Part shown: piece after piece, positions 42,267 to 59,507 of the stretch | Layout: each line of letters begins with the position of its first letter | Position numbering within the stretch: the stretch's first letter is position 1 | DNA from: Cyanophora paradoxa CCMP329 | Taxonomy: Eukaryota > Plantae > Glaucophyta | Length of the DNA: 64,000 nucleotides | Assembly (NCBI GenBank): GCA_004431415.1 | Contig: QPMI01000064.1 | Coordinates: forward strand, 248,001 to 312,000 | Direction: 5' to 3' | Position numbers and translations under genes: made by a program | The notes under the pieces: generated by a model | Seen by the model: the letters and a program-made list of their open reading frames with translations, nothing else | The model's database searches: none | Told to the model about the DNA's origin: nothing

Positions 42267-42581
42267 CCCCCGCAGTGCTGGTGTCTAGAGACTGTGGCCG
42301 GTAATTTACCAAAAAACAAATTTGCAGAATTTAGCGTATTTCCTCACGAATTTTGCCCCCGCTCATAGCGGTGTGGTTATCATTCACGCTTTTCAATTCA
42401 TGCCTTCCGTGTTCGAATCGCCCTGCGATGAGATTCACGCCTTCGAATCCCGCCCGTTCCACATAATTCCGTTCGATCATGCCCCACCTTGCCTGTGTAC
42501 GCCCCCACAGTGCTGGAGTAGACTAGAGGCTGTGGCCGGTAATTCACCAAAAAAAAAAATAGCGTATTTCCTGTCAATTTT
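42267..42581. repeat. Two ~85-bp subterminal direct repeats in the right arm of the hAT-like element
   Basis: CCCC.CAGTGCTGG...CTAGAG.CTGTGGCCGGTAATT.ACCAAAAAA...TAGCGTATTTCCT at ~42267 and ~42502. Confidence 0.75.
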
Positions 42582-43335
42582 CACGCACTGTAGCACGTAC
42601 CCCCACCTCCACCGACCGCCACCGGTGGGTAACAGTCAGCGGGCCCACCGACCCGGTGGGGGAAAACTCGGACTGTGCCCAGCCCTAGTCGCTGGTTGTC
42701 GCTTCGCTCGCGAGGTTCCAGCGGCCGCTACGCTTGGCATTTTCCGCCAGCGACGCCTCCTCGCTCAGCGTTATTTATGGCTGACAGGCGCCAAAAAAAG
42801 CTCCATCCCGCTTTTTTCTCATCTGATGGTCGACGTAGGTCGGCGACGACTCGGCGTGGCCGAGCAATCTTGCTAAATTTCGACTGTTTTCGAGAATCCA
42901 GGCGCTCCGCTTCGCCTAAAAGCAGCCTGCAGCTGGCCTTTATCCCGCAGAAATTGACGCATGGCTCGCGGAACCAAGCATTAAATCTGCATTTGCGTCT
43001 TAAAAGCTTCAAGGCTTGTACGAAATAAACTAAACGGAACAGATAGGTTTTCGGTCGGTTTCCAGCAGTTTTTCTTCAGGTTTTGGCGGTACCCCCAGCT
43101 CAGCGACGGGCCAGCGACAGGCGCCGCTCGCCGGGCTTCAGCGGCCGCTGGGCCCGGCCCCCCCCAGCGAGCACAGCTCTACTGAGCACTGAGCGCTAGC
43201 AGTGAGCACTGAGCACTGCCGCACTGCGGCAGTCTGCCGGCAGACGCCGGCAGTGCGGCGCCGCACTGCCAGCGGCACTGGTAGCGGCGGACCGGCGGTA
43301 CAGCCTTACAGGCTGTACAGTAGCTACTAGTATAG

Positions 43336-43586
43336 TACTGTAAAACATGCAATATCCAGCGTCACTTTATTTCGGCAAAACCCGAAAAATGCGCCGAAAT
43401 TGTGGTTCGTCGGCATCATATTTTCGGCAACACAGCCAGTCCGCCTGAGCGGCGGGTACATTGATCCCTCTTTTGCCATACATCTGCACAATTCTGGCAG
43501 TTTCAAATATTCGGCGCCGTGAGCCCATGCCGAATATTAATAGCGCCGAATATTAAGTGCCGCCGGAGATTTCACGTTTTACAGTA
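43336..43586. mobile_element. MITE, Tc1/mariner-pogo-like (TA-flanked)
   Basis: TACTGTAAAACATGCAATATCC ... GGAGATTTCACGTTTTACAGTA, 19/22 inverted match. Confidence 0.75.
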
Positions 43587-43705
43587 GTACGTATACTACG
43601 TACGGTATATATATGCTACATGCTCAATACTAGTACTAGTAGTGGCCGCACTGGCCGGGCCCTACCTGGGTACTACCGGTACCGGTAGCTATAGTGGGTA
43701 TCCAT

Positions 43706-44052
43706 TACTGTACTTCGGGTAATATTTGCGGTACAGAAATATTTGCGGATTCGTGAAAATATCTGTTTTACGGTACTGTTATTATTTGCGGGTGCCGGCT
43801 GAACCCTCCCTTAGCGGGCGCCAGCGAAGGCCCCCCGCCCCCCGCGCCCCTGCCCGCCCGCCCCCGGGCGAGCGAGCGAGCTTAGCTCCGCGCCTCGGAG
43901 GCATGCATATGCTTGTTCCCGCGCTAAGGGCTGTCTAAGCATGTACCCCCCTAGCCCCCTAACTTTACGGTACAGAAAATATTTGCGGAAGTCTCCAAAA
44001 AACTTTACGCGTAAAAATATACCGTATAGTAAATATTTTCCGTTCTACAGTA
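43706..44052. mobile_element. Possible degenerate MITE with TACTGTA...TACAGTA ends
   Basis: TACTGTA..CGG..AATATTT inverted ends; internal ATATTTGCGG repeats. Confidence 0.5.
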
Positions 44053-44507
44053 GTGGCCCACTACTAGGCTACTAGTGGGCCACTAGCACTGAACTCGGAA
44101 GGATTTCTCCGAGGCTCACGTGCACGGAGTCACGCGTGACTGTTAATTCAATGATTAACGGTTCCGAACTGCCGATCGCGATTCGGATTGTGACGTGTCA
44201 CACTGTGAGTCTGTGACACGTCAAAACGGTGGTCGGAGGCTCGGAGGCTCGGAGATCGGTGACTTCCGGTCGCGTCATTGATTTTCGACCGACCATCTGT
44301 CATTTTTGACGCGTATCTTCCCAGTCCGTCCAGAAACGGGATGAGTGGCATTGAGTGCCACCGTGCCACGGGGGCCGCCGGATGGGATGAATCGGAGAAA
44401 AAGGCATGAAAACGACGGATCCCGGATTGCATGCGCAAATTTACGATTACGGATTGCGATTATGAGTCAAAGTTATGACAAGTTATATAATTACAACTTA
44501 CAAAGTT

Positions 44508-46520
44508 GACCCCCCCCGGCAAGCAACGCAGCAAGCCAGCGCCCAGAGCCGCGACTACGGCGTACCAGGGGGGGTTTTCGCTGTCGCGACTTTGTATGAT
44601 GACGGGCTCCGCGTCCGGCTTACGCTTAGGCTTACGTTAAAACTTCATTAAGGAAATGTTAATTCGTAAGCTAGCCGAAATAATTTCGTAGCTAGCGCGG
44701 GACACTATTTGAGCAATTAGTGTCCCGCCTTCGGATCTAAGCCTCGTCGACGAGCGCTACGGCACGTCGCCGAGGCGAGGGGGGCGGGCGCTAGCGGGCT
44801 ACCGGCGGTACGGCGCCTCCAATCACCTTCGATGCCCTGCCCGGCTACAGGATTCTCATGGAGCTAAGGGTCCCGTTGACGTAGCTTAGGCGATCGTCGA
44901 CGACTCTTACACTCCAAAGGCCGAGTGACTTTTTCAATATCTACTCCGCCAAATTACGGAAGCTACGCGACAGCGAAAACCGGCCCAGGGTAGTGGTGCC
45001 TAGGAACGGGCTCCGCAGCGACCCCTGTGCGCGCCGGAAAGCGGCCGGACGTCCCGGCTTCGAGCTCGCCACCCAGCGCTCTCCCACAGCGACAGCTCGG
45101 CTGAGCGACGGCTACAATCGACCAGAGCACATCGCACGCTCGGCACAGACGCCCCCGGCAACGCTCCGCGCGCTCCCGACGACGCGCGTGCCCACGCTAC
45201 GTCTCCCGCCCCGAGCCCCTCGAAGCACATTCGACCGCTCACTTGATCCCTTTCGAGCTCAGAAACGTGCTCAGTCGCGCCGGTAGAACCAGCACTGCGC
45301 CTCCGCATCTCCAGCCGTCGCGCGCCTGCAGCGGCGAACCGCAGACCACAGGCTCTCCACACGTCGACACACACCGTCCTGCTCGCCAAGACCTCATCCC
45401 GGCCCGCGGCGCCGGCCGCCCGCGCGCGACGCCGGCCGCCCGCGCGCGGCGCCCCGGCCCCGCTTCTCGATCTGCACATGCAAACGCGCATGCTCCGCGA
45501 CCCGCTTCTAGTTCTGCCCGGGCCGCCCGCCTAGCAGCCACCCAATCCGCCGTGCGCGCGCGTACCTCAGCCACCGAACTAAGCTGGGCGCAGACTGCGC
45601 CCGCGCTCCGCCGGCGCGGCCGCCGCCGGCGGGCGCGGCGCCCGGCGGCTGCCGAGCTTCAGATGCCGAGCCATGCATATGCCCTTGCGTCCCTTCCGGA
45701 TCCCCGCTTGCCCGAGCCAGCCAGGCACTGATCCCCGCCTCCCTTCCACCCAGGGACTCGCCCCTGGAGTCGTTCCTACGTGCAGCCGGTGCCCCCCCCC
45801 GGCCCTCCCCGCCCGTCCGCCGCGGCCCTTGCCAGCCCATAGCCTGCCCCTAGGCATAGGCATAGGCACCCCGCCCATGGCGCACTTGTATACGCCACCA
45901 CGCCCGCCGGACCGCCGGGCCGGAAGCCTCACACTACCGCGCTGCATGCCCGGACCGATGCGCCAGCCCGCCATTGACGCTGGGTTGCGACCGTCGGCCG
46001 GTGCCCTTGCCTGCACGCCCCCCGGGCTTGGCAACCCCGGGGGGTGAGAACAGTTGCCTCCAGCGGGCGTGGCGCCCCCGTCTGGCTCGCGCGACAGCCC
46101 TGGGGCTCCCTCTCTATATATAGGCTCGATCTCCCCCCCCGCCCAGCTCCCTGCAGCTGTACATGTGCTACCCTTATGCCCTGCGCTTCTCCTGCTCACG
46201 CCTGCGCCGCCTCCCTCCGGGATCCCCCCCTTCCCCCCTTGGCCTCCTCCGGCCCTTTTCTCCCTCGGTGCCCTCGGCTGGCCTCCGCCTCCGAATCCGC
46301 CGCCGGCTTCGCCCTCGTCGCCTCCATCGACCCCCCGCCAGCTGCATCTACTTCCTGGCCCGTAGCATCTGTATACTTAGCTGTAGCTACAGCCCTCTCT
46401 CCCCCACCTTTTTGTCGGCGCCTAGCGCCACCGCACCGCCAGGTCTCTGTCCGTCCCACTGGGCGGGGGGGCCGAATGAGCAATTTACACCGTGGGGGCG
46501 ATGCCCTCACCCCTCCTGAA
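44508..46520. mobile_element. Putative 2-kb GC-rich insertion without TIRs, flanked by a 13-bp direct repeat
   Basis: AACTTACAAAGTT at 44495-44507 and 46521-46533. Confidence 0.45.
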
Positions 46521-46781
46521 AACTTACAAAGTTAAAATTACAAATTAACTTACAATTGCAAGTCACTGACTCACTGAGTTATAAATTTATAAGCAAAGCA
46601 TAGAGCTTGCGTTCGATGTTGCGAGTCAACTTGCGACTCTAACTTGCGAGATGCATCGGAACACTTTCAATTCGCTGTGCAAATAAACTTTGTTTGGTGA
46701 AAATATTTGCTGAAAGTTTTCGAAAATTTACTGAAAGTTTTCAGGGTGTTTTTTAGAAAATAAAATTTCACAAACACTGGT

Positions 46782-46892
46782 CGGGACTCGGGAGTCGCCG
46801 TCGACTCGCCGATTCGGGCCTCGGGAGTCGGGACTCGGGACTCGGGACTCGGGACTCGGGAGTCGGGACTCGGGAGTCGGGAGTCGGGACTC
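46782..46892. repeat. Heptamer minisatellite GGGA(C/G)TC
   Basis: Repeated GGGACTC/GGGAGTC units. Confidence 0.85.
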
Positions 46893-47812
46893 GAGACCGT
46901 CGGACGGGACCGTAGATCCTCTGGCATGGGGCGGAACTCCGCCGCCGCTGCTGCTGACGAGTCGCCCTCATCGCCTTCGCTGGCCATGGCCATGGGCGGA
47001 GGGCTCGAAGAGCTCGAGCTCGCCGGGCTCGCTGCAGCTTCAGGCCGTTGTTGAAACGAGATGTTGCCGTCGGCCCTCTTCAAAGGCTTGCCGATCGTCG
47101 TCTGCACGATCTTGCTCTTGGGCGGCATGCCGCTGGCCTTAAGATTGCGAACGCAGGCTTCGGCCCCCCCTAGGCCTCCCCCCCCCCCTTCTAGGGCTTG
47201 AGCCGGCTTGAGCCGGCCAAAAGCCGGGCAGGGGCTTGACCCCCCAGCCCGGCTCAAGGGCTTGGCTCAAGGGCTTGACTGCAAGCCGCAGGCCTACTCT
47301 GAGGCTGCCGCAGTGCAGAACTTACTAGTTAGAAGACGCGGGCCGGGGCCGTGCCGCTGCCGCAGTGCGCAAACTTTTGAAAACCGGGCCACTGCCAGCT
47401 GCAGCCTGCAGGCTGCAGGCTGCAGCCTGCAGCGACCTCTCCGAGTCTCGCCAGCCCGGAGGCGCCTCCGAGGAGGCCTAGGAGGCTCGCGCCAGCTAAG
47501 AGACTCAGAGTCGAATCAGTCGATCCAGGAGTACAGGACCAGGCCGGCGCCCGTCGTGAAATACAGGACCGGGCCGGCGCCCGTGCACGCGCCGGCGCCG
47601 GCGACCTCTGGTTGCAAAAATCGGTGTGATAAGCGTTCCCTTCGTGCACGGATCGGAGCTGGAGCTGTACTGTTTAGTACTCGTGTTTCGAAAAATACGT
47701 TGATATTGTGATCATGAGCTATAGCTAGAGCCTCCTCCCAAGAGCCTCGGAGGCGAGTCGGCGCCCGTCGTGAAATACAGAACGTCGACCGGGCCCGCGC
47801 CAGCGAACCTGG

Positions 47813-53490
<5,678 letters not shown>

Positions 53491-53619
53491 TTTGCGTCTG
53501 TACCCGTTTACGCAAAAAAAGGGGCGTTGCCGGCCCCTTGGCCGGGGGCGCAGCCCGCCGCTGAGCCCGGGCGCTCTTAGCAGCCTCTTCTCGGGTATCC
53601 AGGCCTCCTCGCGGGCGGA

Positions 53620-55387
53620 ATGGCCGTGGTTCAGCTTTTGGTCGAGTACCTGCCGGCTGCGGAGCTCGCGGGTGGGGAGGTGGCCGTAGCGATCGAGGAA
53701 GACGGCAGATTTCGCATCGCCTCGCTACTTTCAAGCCCCCCAGCCCCGTCCGCGTCGGTGTTGACCGGCGACACTACCAGTTCAACTGAACCAGCGGGGC
53801 AAGGCGATCATCCCCTCGCCAGTGGCTCTTCCTGCACCAGCACTCCTTTTTCCGGGGATGGATCGCAACCAGCGCTCACCAGCTCGCTTGATGCCGGAGC
53901 GGCGTCTCGCGATTTGAGCTCAAGTACCGTTTCCGCCGCGCGGACGTGCGCGGGCCTTCCCTCCATCCTTCCGACATCTCCTAGAAGATCTACAGCGACT
54001 TCGGCAGGGTTCGGAAGGTGGAGGCGACGGCCGGCGTGGCCCCGGCCCTGTCCTGCGTGCGCGTTCACCTTCCGCGGCCGGCGGAACGAGGCCCGAGCTC
54101 CTTCCGCGACTTCGTCGGGTCCTCACCCGATCGCGGCGCTCTCGCTTTGAAACCCCGAGCTGACTCTGACGACAGGTTCGCCTTGTGCCGCGTCGCGCTC
54201 GAGCTCCAGGCGCAGGAGAGCGGATTCATCAACCTGCCGTGCTGGCTGGAGCCTCGCGAGCTGAGGGAGCGCCGCGGCATAACCGTCTCGGCGCCCCGCG
54301 TCGTGAGCGTATCGCTCCATCCCTCCGACCGCGTGCGCGCATCCCCGCCCTGATCCGACGGTGCACACGCGTACGCTGACCCGGTCCGTAGCCCACGCAC
54401 GTGCAAGAGCTTCGCGTTTTCCTGCGAGGCATGCCGGCCTCGATCCCGGCCTCGGTCGGGGCCCGGGGCTCCCGAATCGGAGTCCGCATCACGGAACGCC
54501 GGAGAGCCGTGCTGGCCGAGGGCCACTCCCGCGACCTGCAGCTCCGTGCGTCTATCTGACTTCGTGATCATGAAGCACCAAAACTTCGAAATCTGATCTG
54601 CCTCGCAGCGGTCCGCTGCGTCTGAAACCGATCCTTAAGCTTCCTGGGACCGCCGGGCGCGTCATGATCATGATCACGAGTCAAGCTCCGATCCTCTAGA
54701 TCTGCCCTCCGCTTGACCGGGACCGGGCCGGCCGCGGGCCACCGCTTTCTTTGAACGTAGATGCAGCATTTTCTTTAAATTTTCTTTTTCTTCTGGAGGT
54801 CGAATTCGGGCGGGACCTGCTGCCCCTCTTATTGGCGCCCCTGGAGGCCACGCAAGAGGCCACACATGATCCTGCCCCTTCGCGAGGCTCCAGCTTCCTT
54901 TTTTCCCCATCCCGAGGTCCCCATTCTTTTCGAGGGGGTCTCGGATCTGGTGCCCGTGCCCCGGGCCCTCGGCCATGTCCAACAACTCAGCGGAAATCGG
55001 CGGAAATCTACATGTCCGTCATGATCAACGTCGACGCCCGCGGCAAGGTGTGATCGAGCCTCGGAGCTCCAGGAACGCGCCCCGCGGCCGGGCCCGGCCA
55101 GCCAGGCCCGGCAGATGTGCTCGAGCCCCGGGAAGACTCCTTCGACGCACAACGCGCCCCGGGCCGCGCCCCTTCTTCCGAGCCCGCCCGCCCGCCCCGC
55201 GGGCACCCCCCGCTGTAGTGCCCAGCTTGCCCGCCCTCGCCTGTACTTGTCGACCTGCCCAGCGAACTGTGGAGGGGCCCTGGGGGCAGGCAAGGGCCAG
55301 CTGGCATCCGGCGCCGCAAGCACAAGAGTCTGACAAGGGCCCAGGGCCCTCTGAAATTGAACTCCCTGCATACACTGCTGCGAAAGC
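53620..55387 (+). CDS. Hypothetical spliced gene, head-to-head with Vps34 (exons and end uncertain)
   Basis: ATG at 53620 opens MAVVQLLVEYLPAAELAGGEV...; later coding-like segments flanked by GT/AG. Confidence 0.4.
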
Positions 55388-55413
55388 TGCGAAAACGTCG
55401 AACCCCGCCGCCC

Positions 55414-56465
55414 TCAGCTACCGGTACCCCTCCTCTTCTTGGCGGACGGCGCGCCCTCGGGAGGCGGCGCCGGCTTCTTCGCCTTGCCGGGTGTCTTCCC
55501 GGGTACTACCTTGCCCGGCGTCGCCGCTGCCGCCTTGCCTGGCGTCGCTGCCTGCCTGCCGGGCGTCGCCGCCGCCTTTCTGGGCGCCGGCGCCTCGCCG
55601 CCGGCCTTCGCCCCGGCCCGCTCCTTCCCCGGCGTCACGTCGCCGGCCTTCGTCTTCTTCTTCTTCGGCGTCGGCGCCGCCGCCGCCTCGCCGCCGCCTC
55701 TCCTGACGAGCTCCGCCACGAGCGCCTCGGGCGCAGCGTCCCCGGGGGCCGCCCCGTCGGGCCCCGCCGGCCGCAGCCGCTCGCCCAGCGAGCCGGCCCA
55801 CATCCGAAGCGTGAAGGCGATCCCGTACGCCTCCCGGCAGGCGTCCACGCCCTCGCTCTCCGGCCTCCCGTTCACGCGCGCGAAGTGCGCGGCGTCCTCG
55901 GCAGCCTGTGCCGCCGGCGCGGTCAGGGGCGGGGAGGGCGAGAAGAGCGATGCGCCGCGCTGCAGCACCTCCTCCTTGTTCTCGGGATTCGCCGCGAAGG
56001 GCACCCACTGCTCGGCGTCCTGCATCGAGTAGCACCGCCTGCACAGGAACTGCCCCCGCGCTGCCTGAGCGGGGCGCAGCGACGCCATCGCTTAGCTAAG
56101 CGCACCTGCGCCGACGAGAGCTTGTAGAAGTAGTCGCCGTCCTCGCTCTCGGGGATCTCGAGCTCGTACTCCGTCGCGAAGAAGAGCGCATTCTCGGGCT
56201 CGTCCGGCAGCTCGCTCGGACGCGCGCCCTCGACGTCCACGTACGTGCCCGGCGCCTTGCACGCGCTGCAGCCGCCCGCCGTCGCCGCCGCCGCTGCGAT
56301 CGCGCTCGCCAGCTTCTTGCGGGCTTTCCCGTTGAATATGGCGTACAGCTGCTTGTCGTCCCGGCCCTTGACACATATCTTGGGCCTTAGCGACGGGAAG
56401 TGCTCGTGCAGCGCCCTCTGCACCGCCCGCAGGCGCGCAAGGTCCTTTTCCTCCTTCTTGCCCAT
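55414..56465 (-). CDS. Hypothetical protein with paired CxxC motifs and a Lys/Ala/TPGK-rich tail (probably one short intron near 56070-56104)
   Basis: MGKKEEKDLARL...CSAC...FLCRRC...ATPGK repeats. Confidence 0.6.
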
Positions 56466-56830
56466 GGCGGGCAAACTGCCACGCGAGTGATCTCTGGTCG
56501 TCCTCCTCGCTTCCCTTGTTAGCCGAAGCGCGCCGATCGGTGCTCGCTGGCTGCCTTCTGCTGCCGCTCTCGCGTACCCCAGTCCTACTGGTCCCCGGGT
56601 AGTGACGCCATTCGGGCCCATAGCCACACTGGCATTCGAGCGTTGCTTGACAAGCATCCCAGCTCCAGCAGCAGCGAAGCGTCCCAGCTATTTGTGAAGT
56701 TGCAAGGTCGCATTATCAGGCCAGCCAGACGCGCGCGCGCGGACTTCAGCAGTAGCTACTTGGCATTCCAGCTGGCCATCTCTTCATAGCCGGCCGCGTT
56801 GGGCAGGCCTGGCGCATTGGACAGGCCACG

Positions 56831-59507
56831 ATGGGATGCGGTTGCAGTAAGCGGGACGTGCAGTCGCTCGACGGGGGCGACTACGGGCCGGGCGCCGCGA
56901 AAGTTGCCCCTGCTGTCGGGAGGCGCATATCCACCAAGATCCTCGCGGCAGCAGACCCGCTGGCGAAAGTAGATGGGGGTGTCAGCGGTGCGCAATGCCT
57001 CTGCGCGCGCCTAGGGTCCAGCAGCCGGCCGCCGAGCGCTTAAGCTTCCCGTTCCGGATCCATGCCCGAGTTTCCACCCGGAACGCCGCGCTTTCGCCCG
57101 CGGCCGCAGCGTAGTCATATCAGAGCATTGCCACGCGTCTGACGCGCACCGCAGAGCGGTCCCTCTACACGGAGCGCATCGCGTCGCTCTCGCATCGCTC
57201 GCGTAAGGCGAAGTTCAGCATCGCGCTGGACCTCGGCTCCATGCCCTTGGACGTGGACGCGAAGACGCACAAGACGGCCGGGAAGAGCGCGAAGGGACGC
57301 TCCGTGAAGTTTCAGCGGGAGGAGGGCGCCTCGGAGAAAGGCAAGGAGGCGCCCGGCATCCCGCCGCAGCTCCCGGAGATCGTCGTTGCCCTCGAGCTCG
57401 ACTTCCAGAAGAACTTGGAGGTGCGATGGAACCCCGTTCGAGCTTCGGAAGCGCTGCCGGCGGCCGCCGACCGATCGGCGCGCAGGTGCTGGGGCGGTTC
57501 GTGGAGCGCGACCCGCGGCGGACGTACCGGACAGACCTCCTCGGCTTCTGCGCGGCTCTGGAGGTCGAGCCCGGGGACGCTCTCATGAACGCGGTCCGCC
57601 CCCGCCCCGCCCCGCCCCGCTCCATCCGCCCCGTAGTTCTCCGCCCCGCCGCTCGCTCCTGACGCCCGCAAAAGGTCTTCCGGCTCTTCGAGGAGGAGGA
57701 CGGGGCGCTAGACTACCGCGAGCTGCTCTGCGGGCTCATGGCGCTCAGGTGGGCGAGCGCCGGCGCCTCGCCGCGCCGCTTCGCCTCGGCTCACCCGCCG
57801 GCGGCGGCGCCCGCGCAGCCTGGAAGCGGAGTCGGACCGGCTGCGGCTCGCCTTTGCCGTGTATGACGTTGAGTGCCGCGACCGCGTCACGCGGGTGCGC
57901 GCGCGGATCGAATGTTGTTGTTATCGGCGGAGGATGGCCCGCTCGCCCGCTCGCCCGCCCGGATCGAATGTCGTTGTCTTCGGCGCAGGGCGACCTGGTG
58001 GCGATGATGCTGGCGAGCTGGGGCGCCTCCCGCCCGCTCTCCGAGATCGCCGCGTCCCTTCGGCGCGCCCTCGTCGCCGCCGGCCTCCGAAGGCACCGCG
58101 AGCTAAGCTTCGGTGCGGCCCCTAGCTCGCTCGTTGAGCTCAGCTTTTGAGCTCAGCGGCCTCGTTTGCAGAGGAGTTCGGGCGGGTGTGCGCGGGGCTC
58201 CCGGACCTCGTTCCCTCCCGCGAGGCCCTCGGCCGCCGCGTGGCCGAGCGCGGCGCCCGCGCCGAGGCGGCCGCCGCCGCGGGGGCGGCCCCGCGCGCCG
58301 CCGCCGCCGCCTCGCCCCGCGGGGGGACGGCCTCGGCCTCGGCCGGGCCGCGCCCGATCGAGGCGGGGCGGCCGACGCTGGCGAGGGCGCTCCAGCGGCT
58401 GGAGGCGATGCTCCTCGAGGGTGGCTCCTCCTCCATGCTCCTCCGCGCCGGCAGCGCCGGCGCCGGAGCCGGGCCGCGGCCGGGTCGCAGCCGGCCGCGC
58501 CGCCCGCGCAGGACAAGGCCGTCGCGAGGAAAGCGACGACCGCCGCCGGGCTGCGGCTGAGGGAGGCGGCGGAGGCCCTGCAGCGCCTTCTGGACGGGGA
58601 CGCCCCCGCCAGCGACGACGGCTGCGGCGACTCAATCGGGGGCCCGCCCGGCGTACCCCCGGGCCCCGTCTGCTCCCCCCAGCAGACGACGGCCACGCAC
58701 CGTACCCTGGCGCCGCTCGACGGGGCCGGCACGGCGGGGTACTCGGCCTCGTGGATGGGGCCCGCCACCCCCTCTGCCGAGCCGGTCCACGACCCCTGGG
58801 GCTCCGTACCCCCCTCGCCCAACCCCCCGGCGCCCCCCCCGGCCTCCGCGGCGGCGGCGGCTGCGGCGTCGGCGGCGGCCGCCGCCTCCGCCGCCCCCGC
58901 GGTCATCGCCGAGATCCGGCTGCCGTCGGCGGTGCCGCGGGCCGAGGCCGTCGAGGAGGAAGAGGAGGTGGGGGCCCTTCACGAGGCGGCCATGCGGCCC
59001 GTGCTAGAGCGCCTCGCCTCGCTGCCCTCCGAGGTCTCCTGGGACCCCCTCGCTTTCCTCTCCCGCCCCCCCGCCCAAGCCCAGGCCCGCCCGCCCCCCG
59101 CCCCCCGCCTCGCCCCCGTCTCCGCCTCCTCCTTCGCCCCATCCTCCGCCGAGAGCGCCCGCTCGGCCGGCCTACCCCTCGCCTCCCCAGTCCCCCCCGG
59201 CACGGTCTCCCAGTCTTCCGGATCCCCCCCCGCCCTCGCCCCCGCCCCTGTGCCCGCCCCCGCGCCCTTCCTCGTGACGCCGCGCGCGCCCCCGCACGCG
59301 TACGCACCCTTGGCGCCCCTCATCCGTACCCCCTCCCTCGTCTCGGGCCCCCCCAGCATCGCGGCCCCCGTGCAGGCATTCTTCCCCCTCCCGGCGCCCA
59401 CTACCCCTCCGACCCGCTCGTACCCCGGTTCGGTCCCCACGACCGGGGGTCCTCCCAGCCCCTCTCCCACCGCCTTCCTCCGATGGGACACCCCTCTTGC
59501 CCTGTAG
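56831..59507 (+). CDS. Spliced EF-hand protein (calcineurin-B/NCS-like) with an N-terminal acylation motif and a Pro-rich C-terminus
   Basis: MGCGCS N-terminus; exons VFRLFEEEDGALDYRELLCGL, DRLRLAFAVYDVECRDRVTR, GDLVAMMLAS. Confidence 0.65.

Larger units (their letters stand above)
15093..42687. mobile_element. Non-autonomous hAT-like element (~2.1 kb when empty) that hosts the virus
   Basis: Perfect 11-bp TIRs TAGGGCTGGGC (15093-15103) and GCCCAGCCCTA (42677-42687). 8-bp TSD GTCGCTGG at 15085-15092 and 42688-42695. Subterminal CCACCGAC motifs at both ends. Confidence 0.85.
15075..43181. mobile_element. Outer hAT-like MITE (~0.5 kb when empty), interrupted by nested insertions
   Basis: TIRs TAGGGCTGTGGTCGCTGG (15075-15092) and CCAGCGAGCACAGCTCTA (43164-43181), 16/18 match. 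8-bp TSD CTGAGCAC at 15067-15074 and 43182-43189. Confidence 0.8.

Noticed and set aside
46667-47257. 196-aa ORF, possibly a transposase N-terminus (MPPKSK...)
   Set aside because: Runs into a heptamer repeat, has no catalytic motifs, and no matching TIR/TSD pair was found
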